Positions 58,609 through 64,000 of a stretch of DNA of 64,000 bases are shown here, piece after piece. The number at the start of each line of letters is the position of its first letter. Within the stretch, counting starts at the first letter, position 1. The stretch comes from Planctomycetota bacterium. Lineage in GTDB: Bacteria > Planctomycetota > B15-G4 > SIAN01. A program made the translations under genes and the position numbers. The notes under the pieces are model-generated. The model did no database searches. It saw only the letters and a list, made by a program, of their open reading frames with translations, and had not been told where the DNA came from. The stretch lies in assembly GCA_031409275.1 (NCBI GenBank), contig JANNXA010000007.1, positions 68,770 through 132,769 of the forward strand. The letters are read 5' to 3'.

Positions 58609-60816
58609 GTGTTGCTCGGCGAGTTGGGGTGCGTCCAGTGTCACGTTCAGGGAGTGAATGCTCCTGCGGTGGAGGCGCGCCTCGCGCCCGACCTCGCGAC
58701 GTTGGGGTCGCGCGTTCGTGCGGAGTGGGTCGCCCGCTTCCTCCGCGATCCGCCGGCAGCGGTACCGGGCACCGTCATGCCGGACCTGCTCGGCGACCTC
58801 GTCGAGCCGGCGCGCTCGAAGGCCGCGGAAGCGCTGTCGAGCTACCTGCGTTCATTCTCGACGGCGGTCGCCGACAGCGGCGTGATCGATCGGGCGGCGG
58901 CGGAACGCGGTCGACCGCTCTTTCATGAGATCGGTTGCGTGGCGTGCCATGCGCCGCGCGACGAATCGGGGCACGAAGTGGCGACACCCGGTTCGGTCCC
59001 GTTGGGACACGTCATCGAGAAGTACCCGCTGCCAGGCCTGAGCGCGTTCCTGCTGGCGCCGCAACTCGCGCACCCGGCGACGCGCATGCCCGATCTGCAC
59101 CTCAGCCCTGCGGAGGCGAACGACCTCGCGAGCTACTTGCTGACGGCCCCTTCGGACCGCGGCCTGCTCACGACGCCAGCGCCGACGCCAGCGCCGACGC
59201 CGGTCGACACGGATCTCGTTGCCACCGGTCGCGCACTCTTCGCGGAACGCGGTTGCGCGCAATGCCACGCCTTGGCCGATCCGCTCCGTGCGGCGAGCCG
59301 GCCGGCGAAAGCGCTGGCGGAGCTCGAGTCGGGGCGCGGATGCTCGTCGGGAGGCGATGGTCCCTGGCCGTTCTACGCGCTCACTTCGGAGCAACGCGCC
59401 GATCTGACGGTCGCGATGGGGGCGGACCTTGCATCCGAGAGCGACGAGCAGCGGATCCTGCGGCTGCTCGCGTCGCGCAACTGCACTGCGTGCCACGCGC
59501 GTGGCGCGGCGGGCGGCGTCGCGCCAGAGCGGTCCGCGTACTTCCTCAGCAACGATCCCAGCGTCGGCGCCGAGAGTCGGCTGCCGCCGCCGTTGACCGG
59601 CGTCGGCGCGAAGCTGCAGCGCGAGTGGCTTTCCGAGGCGATCGCACACGGGCAGTCGGCGCGTCCCTACTTGCGCACGCGCATGCCAGCGTTCGGCGCG
59701 CCGCTCGGAACCGAGCTCGCGGAGCTCTTCTCTCGCGTCGATCTGCTGCCCTCGATCGAGGTCGCTCCGCTTCCGGAGGACGAGAAGCTGGCGCGCGCTG
59801 TCATCGACCTCGGTCGAGAGCTCGTCGGCGACAAGGGAATGAGCTGCATCAGCTGCCATGCCTTCGCGGGTGAGAAGGTCGGCACGATGGGCGGGATCGA
59901 CCTAGTCGAGTCGACCGCGCAGCGATTGCGCCCGCAGTGGTTCGCGCACTTCCTGCGCGCGCCGCTGCGCATGAAGCCTGGCACTTTGATGCCGCAGTTC
60001 TTCCCCGACGGAGTCTCGGTGCGGCCAGAGCTTGGCGGCGGCGACGCCGCGCGGCAGATCGACGCGATCTGGCACTACCTGGCCCAAGGCCGCAACGTCG
60101 GCAAGCCGAGTGGCATGCGCGCCGCATCGATGGAGCTCCTCGTCGGCGAAGAAGCGGTGATGCTGCGACGCAGCGTGCAGCACACGGGCAAGCGCGGCAT
60201 CAGCGTCGGCTACCCGCTCGGGATCAATGTCACCTTCGATGCCGAGCGCCTCGCCTTGAACCAGATCTGGTGGGGGAGGTTCATCGACGCTTCCGGTGTC
60301 TGGACCGGGCAGGGCAGCGGCGAAGCGCGCCTCCTCGGCTCGGAAGTCGCGTCGCTGCCCAATGGCCCCGCGTTCGTTGCGTTGTCGAGTCCGCAGTCGC
60401 CTTGGCCGGAGCAGTCGCGTCGCGAGCTCGGCCAGCGTTTCCTCGGCTACGACCTCGATGCGCAGCAACGGCCCACGTTCCGCTACGTCTGTGAGGAAGT
60501 GACGATCAGCGATGCGCCGCTCGATCAGAAGGAGGATGGCGCGCCCGCCGATGCGAGGGCGCTCCTCCGCCGGACGCTGCGCTTCGCGAGCGCCGTCGAC
60601 AAGACGCTCTACTTCCGGGCAGCGCTCGCGCCACGCATCGACCCGGACGGAGTGTCGGGCGTGCATGTCGGCACCGCGTTGCACCTGCGCTCCTCGCTCG
60701 CGACGCTTTTGATCCGGCCGGCTGGCGAGCAGCGCGAACTGCTCGTCGAGATCCCGATCCGCAACGGCGGCGCGGAGTTGGTGATCGACTACACCTGGCG
60801 GGAGACGGCCAAGTGA
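58609..60816 (+). CDS. pentahaem c-type cytochrome (PVC-type); true start probably further upstream
   Basis: CVQCH, CVACH, CAQCH, CTACH, CISCH; PG..MP and RMP axial-Met motifs; frame open from 58309. Confidence 0.88.
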   Translation: MLLGELGCVQCHVQGVNAPAVEARLAPDLATLGSRVRAEWVARFLRDPPAAVPGTVMPDLLGDLVEPARSKAAEALSSYLRSFSTAVADSGVIDRAAAERGRPLFHEIGCVACHAPRDESGHEVATPGSVPLGHVIEKYPLPGLSAFLLAPQLAHPATRMPDLHLSPAEANDLASYLLTAPSDRGLLTTPAPTPAPTPVDTDLVATGRALFAERGCAQCHALADPLRAASRPAKALAELESGRGCSSGGDGPWPFYALTSEQRADLTVAMGADLASESDEQRILRLLASRNCTACHARGAAGGVAPERSAYFLSNDPSVGAESRLPPPLTGVGAKLQREWLSEAIAHGQSARPYLRTRMPAFGAPLGTELAELFSRVDLLPSIEVAPLPEDEKLARAVIDLGRELVGDKGMSCISCHAFAGEKVGTMGGIDLVESTAQRLRPQWFAHFLRAPLRMKPGTLMPQFFPDGVSVRPELGGGDAARQIDAIWHYLAQGRNVGKPSGMRAASMELLVGEEAVMLRRSVQHTGKRGISVGYPLGINVTFDAERLALNQIWWGRFIDASGVWTGQGSGEARLLGSEVASLPNGPAFVALSSPQSPWPEQSRRELGQRFLGYDLDAQQRPTFRYVCEEVTISDAPLDQKEDGAPADARALLRRTLRFASAVDKTLYFRAALAPRIDPDGVSGVHVGTALHLRSSLATLLIRPAGEQRELLVEIPIRNGGAELVIDYTWRETAK

Positions 60817-62297
60817 AGATGCTCTTGAAAGCCCTGATCGTGGCGTCGGTTGCCGCGACGGCCGGCCGCGCGCAGGAGCTCGGTGCGACCTGGGGGACGG
60901 GCGGCGCCGAGGCCGCCTACTACCGGATCGTCGAAGTGCCGGTACCGCCGGAACTCGCGCTCGAGGTCGGCAGCTTCTGCGCGCTGCCCGATGGTCGTCT
61001 TGCGGCCGGCACTCGCCGCGGCGAGATCCTGCTGCTCTCCGGCGCGTTCGATCAGCGGCCGAACCTGCGAATCGAACGCTTCGCGAGCGGCCTCGATGAG
61101 GTGTTCGGCCTCGGGTTCCGCGACGGCGCCTTCTACGCGACGCAACAGACCGAGTTGACGCGCATCACCGACCGCGACGGCGACGGCCGCGCGGATCGAT
61201 TCGAGAACCTGAGCGACGTGTGGGGGTTCGCCCACTACCACGAGTTCGCGTGGGGCTCGCCGGTCGAGCCGGATGGCAGCGTCTACGTGGTGCTTGGCCT
61301 GTCGGAGTCCTACTACTACCGCTCGCCGTACCGCGGCTTCGCGTTCCAGATCACGCCGGACGGCCGCTCGATCCCGATCGCCTGTGGCATTCGCAGTGCC
61401 GGAGGCGTCGCCGAGAACGAGCACGGCGTGATGTTCTATGTCGAGAGCCAGGGACCTTGGAACGGCTCGTGCTCGCTCAAGCAACTGAAGCCTGGCGGCT
61501 TCATGGGCCATCCGGTCAGTTTCGCCGCCTTCGACCTGCCGCTCGCCGCGACCTTGGGCAAGCGGCCGGTCGAGCCCCGCTCGCCGTCACGGCTTCGCAC
61601 CGAATGCGAGCGCGTCGAGCAGTTGGTGCCCTACGCGGTGGTCTTCCCGTACCGCAAGATGGGCCAGTCGATCACGACCTTCCGCGTCGATCGGACCGAG
61701 GGTCGCTTCGGGCCGTTCACCGGTCAGCTCTTCCTCGGCGACTACAGCTTGAGCGTCGTCATGCGCGCCACCACGGAGCTCGTGGACGGCGTCTGGCAGG
61801 GTGCCTGCTATCCGTTCCGCGAAGGGTTCGGCACTGGCATCCTTGCGGTCGAGTTCTCGCCGCAGGGCGCGCTGATCACCGGCGGCACCAACCGTGGCTG
61901 GCCCGTGCGGGGCAACCGTCAGTTCGTCCTCGAGCGGCTCGAATGGACCGGCCTCACGCCGTTCGAGATCGAGCGCATCGTCGTGCGCCCGGATGGCTTC
62001 GTCGTCTCCTTCACGAAGCCGGTCGATGGCGCGACGGCAGGCGCGGTCGCGAACTGGCGGCTGCAGAGCTACACGCACGTCTACCAGGAGGAGTACGGCA
62101 GTCCCGAGGTCGACCTGACGACGCCGCGCGTCGTACGTGCCGTCGTGCAGCCGGACGGGCGCAGTGTGGCGATCGTGGTCGAGGGGATGGTGCTCGGTCA
62201 CGTGCATGAGTTCGATCTTGCAGGCGTCCGGTCCGTCGACGGCAACGAACTGCTGCACACGAAGGCCTACTACACTTTGAATCGGCTCCCACGATGA
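60813..62297 (+). CDS. exported beta-propeller-like hypothetical protein of the cytochrome cluster
   Basis: GTG overlaps the upstream stop; signal peptide; DRDGDGRAD, YHEFAWG, GPFTGQLF.GD, WQGACYPF, YGSPE. Confidence 0.82.
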   Translation: MKMLLKALIVASVAATAGRAQELGATWGTGGAEAAYYRIVEVPVPPELALEVGSFCALPDGRLAAGTRRGEILLLSGAFDQRPNLRIERFASGLDEVFGLGFRDGAFYATQQTELTRITDRDGDGRADRFENLSDVWGFAHYHEFAWGSPVEPDGSVYVVLGLSESYYYRSPYRGFAFQITPDGRSIPIACGIRSAGGVAENEHGVMFYVESQGPWNGSCSLKQLKPGGFMGHPVSFAAFDLPLAATLGKRPVEPRSPSRLRTECERVEQLVPYAVVFPYRKMGQSITTFRVDRTEGRFGPFTGQLFLGDYSLSVVMRATTELVDGVWQGACYPFREGFGTGILAVEFSPQGALITGGTNRGWPVRGNRQFVLERLEWTGLTPFEIERIVVRPDGFVVSFTKPVDGATAGAVANWRLQSYTHVYQEEYGSPEVDLTTPRVVRAVVQPDGRSVAIVVEGMVLGHVHEFDLAGVRSVDGNELLHTKAYYTLNRLPR

Positions 62298-63316
62298 TCC
62301 CACGCTTTCTTGCTCTGATCGCTCTCCTCGTGGCCGGATGTGCGATCCACCGCCACCCGGTTCCTGACGACCCGCGTTGGCTCACCTATCGAGGTGGCGA
62401 GGGGCCCGGCCGTGGCAAGCACATCGTCCTGATCTCGGCGGAGCAGGAGTACCGCAGCGAACAGTCGCTGCCGATGCTGGCGCGAATCCTCGCCACTCGC
62501 CACGGGTTCGACTGCACGGTGCTCTTCGCGCAGAACCGCGATGGCCTCGTCGACCCGACGCAGAAGATCCGTTGGGAAGACAAGACGGTGACCCACGACA
62601 TCCCCGGTCTCGTGCACCTCGACCAGGCGGACTTGATGATCCTCTTCTGCCGGCTGATCACGCTGCCCGACGACCAGATCGGGCACGTGATCGACTACCT
62701 CGACTCGGGCAAGCCGATCCTGGCGATCCGCACCGCGAACCACGGCTTCCTTGACCACTTCCCCTATGAGATCGCCGGCAAGCCGGTCCGTTTCGGCGAG
62801 GACGTCCTCGGCGGGACCTTCCTCGAGCATCACGGCAACTGGCATCAAGACTCGACCCGCGGAATCCTCGTGGTGGGGCAGGCAGCGCACCCGATCCTGC
62901 GCGGAGTCACCGACCTCTGGGGCCCCTCCGACGTCTATCGCACCTTTCCCGAGGGGGGCAGCTTGCCGGAATGCTGCACGGCGCTCGTCGATGGACAGCC
63001 GTTGCTCGGTCGCCAGCACGACGACGCTCCCAATCCGGAGAAGGAGGCGCTGCCGATCGCCTGGATCAAGAGCTGGAGCGGATCGAGCGGCAAGACCGCT
63101 CGCGTCTTCCACACGACGATGGGCAGCGCGCGCGACTACCAATGCGCCGACCTGCGGCGGCTGACGATCAACGCCGCCTACTGGTGCCTCGGACTCGACG
63201 AGCAGATCGTCGCCGATCGCAGCGTCGACTACGTCGGTCCCTACGAGCCGCTCGACAGCGGCTTCAACTACGCCGAACTCGGCGTCGTGCCGAGGCCCGT
63301 CTCGGACTACCGCTAG
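62294..63316 (+). CDS. ThuA-like (class I glutamine amidotransferase fold) lipoprotein
   Basis: LVAG-C lipobox; GKHIVLI..EQEYRSE..LP.LA.IL, IRTANHGF, HPILRGV, RVFHTTMG, NAAYW.LG. Confidence 0.85.
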   Translation: MIPRFLALIALLVAGCAIHRHPVPDDPRWLTYRGGEGPGRGKHIVLISAEQEYRSEQSLPMLARILATRHGFDCTVLFAQNRDGLVDPTQKIRWEDKTVTHDIPGLVHLDQADLMILFCRLITLPDDQIGHVIDYLDSGKPILAIRTANHGFLDHFPYEIAGKPVRFGEDVLGGTFLEHHGNWHQDSTRGILVVGQAAHPILRGVTDLWGPSDVYRTFPEGGSLPECCTALVDGQPLLGRQHDDAPNPEKEALPIAWIKSWSGSSGKTARVFHTTMGSARDYQCADLRRLTINAAYWCLGLDEQIVADRSVDYVGPYEPLDSGFNYAELGVVPRPVSDYR

Positions 63317-64000
63317 CCGCTCCCAGACGGTGAGCCGCATTCACCGGCAGCGAGCGGAGCGCTTCCGCCACACGTGCGATCGAACCGCACTCCCGCTGCG
63401 CCGCAAGCTCTCGCCCCGTCGCCGCCAAGCCGCTCGCCTCCGACCGCTCCGCCGATTTATCCGGCGTCACCACGCCGCCTAATTCTCCAATCGACGGCCC
63501 ACCACGATCGCCGCAAAGCGTGGTCACTTGGACACTTGTACTGCGCGCCGTATCCTCACCGCCCCCTACGACGATGGCTTCACCCGCAGTCCAACGCCCA
63601 AAGACCCATCGCCGAAGAGACGTTCGCCAGACCCTGTCGAAGTCGATGGTTGATCACGCGGACGGGGAATCGGAAGGCTGAATTCCAATCGCGCGAGAGT
63701 CGCGGGTTCTGCACTCGGCAGGTGCCTCCTTCGCGACCGCAAGTTGATTGGCATTCGTAGGTTCTGGCTCGCGAATGAAGCACTGGTCCGGTGGAACGTC
63801 CCCGCGACGGTGGGTTCCGTGGAAGCGCTCGAAGACGCTCATCGGAGTCCGCCCTTCCACGGTACGCGTCACGTGAACCCCGCCTTGCCTCGTCGCCGAG
63901 CCTGGTCGATCGTCTCCGTCTGGAGACTTCCCAATGGCAGAGCGAGCGAGGGTCCCGTGGTCGGTAAGGCGCGAACAGGTCGCGGATCTGCGATCGCGGC

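Noticed and set aside
63317..64000. Lower-GC terminal region with short ORFs
   Set aside because: No recognisable protein or RNA motif; needs the adjacent window

Overview
GC-rich bacterial DNA. The gene content (ECF sigma/Ser-Thr kinase pairs, PVC-type multihaem cytochrome cluster, FG-GAP proteins, CHAT-TPR protein) suggests Planctomycetota; this is an inference. About 40 genes are supported: an LPS module (kdsD-kdsC-giant LptC/A-like gene-lptD), scpA, an M50 protease, an exported LanC-like protein, NfeD/flotillin, a sulfatase-like gene plus Stf0 sulfotransferase, a large S8 protease, ada, two ECF sigma factors, a racemase, an ArnT-like transferase, fur-katG and a cytochrome c cluster, with several gene remnants and a 160-bp MITE-like element. 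The ORF track hides three probable exported selenoproteins split at in-frame TGA codons. Two are paralogous TlpA-like proteins with W-U-G-P-C and an identical SECIS-like hairpin. The third is an outer-membrane beta-barrel-like protein with TGA at mature residue 3 and its own hairpin. A 69-aa peptide made of three 18-aa RTGxRxGxxRxNH repeats abuts an ECF sigma/TPR-kinase pair. All calls come from reading the sequence; no searches were run.
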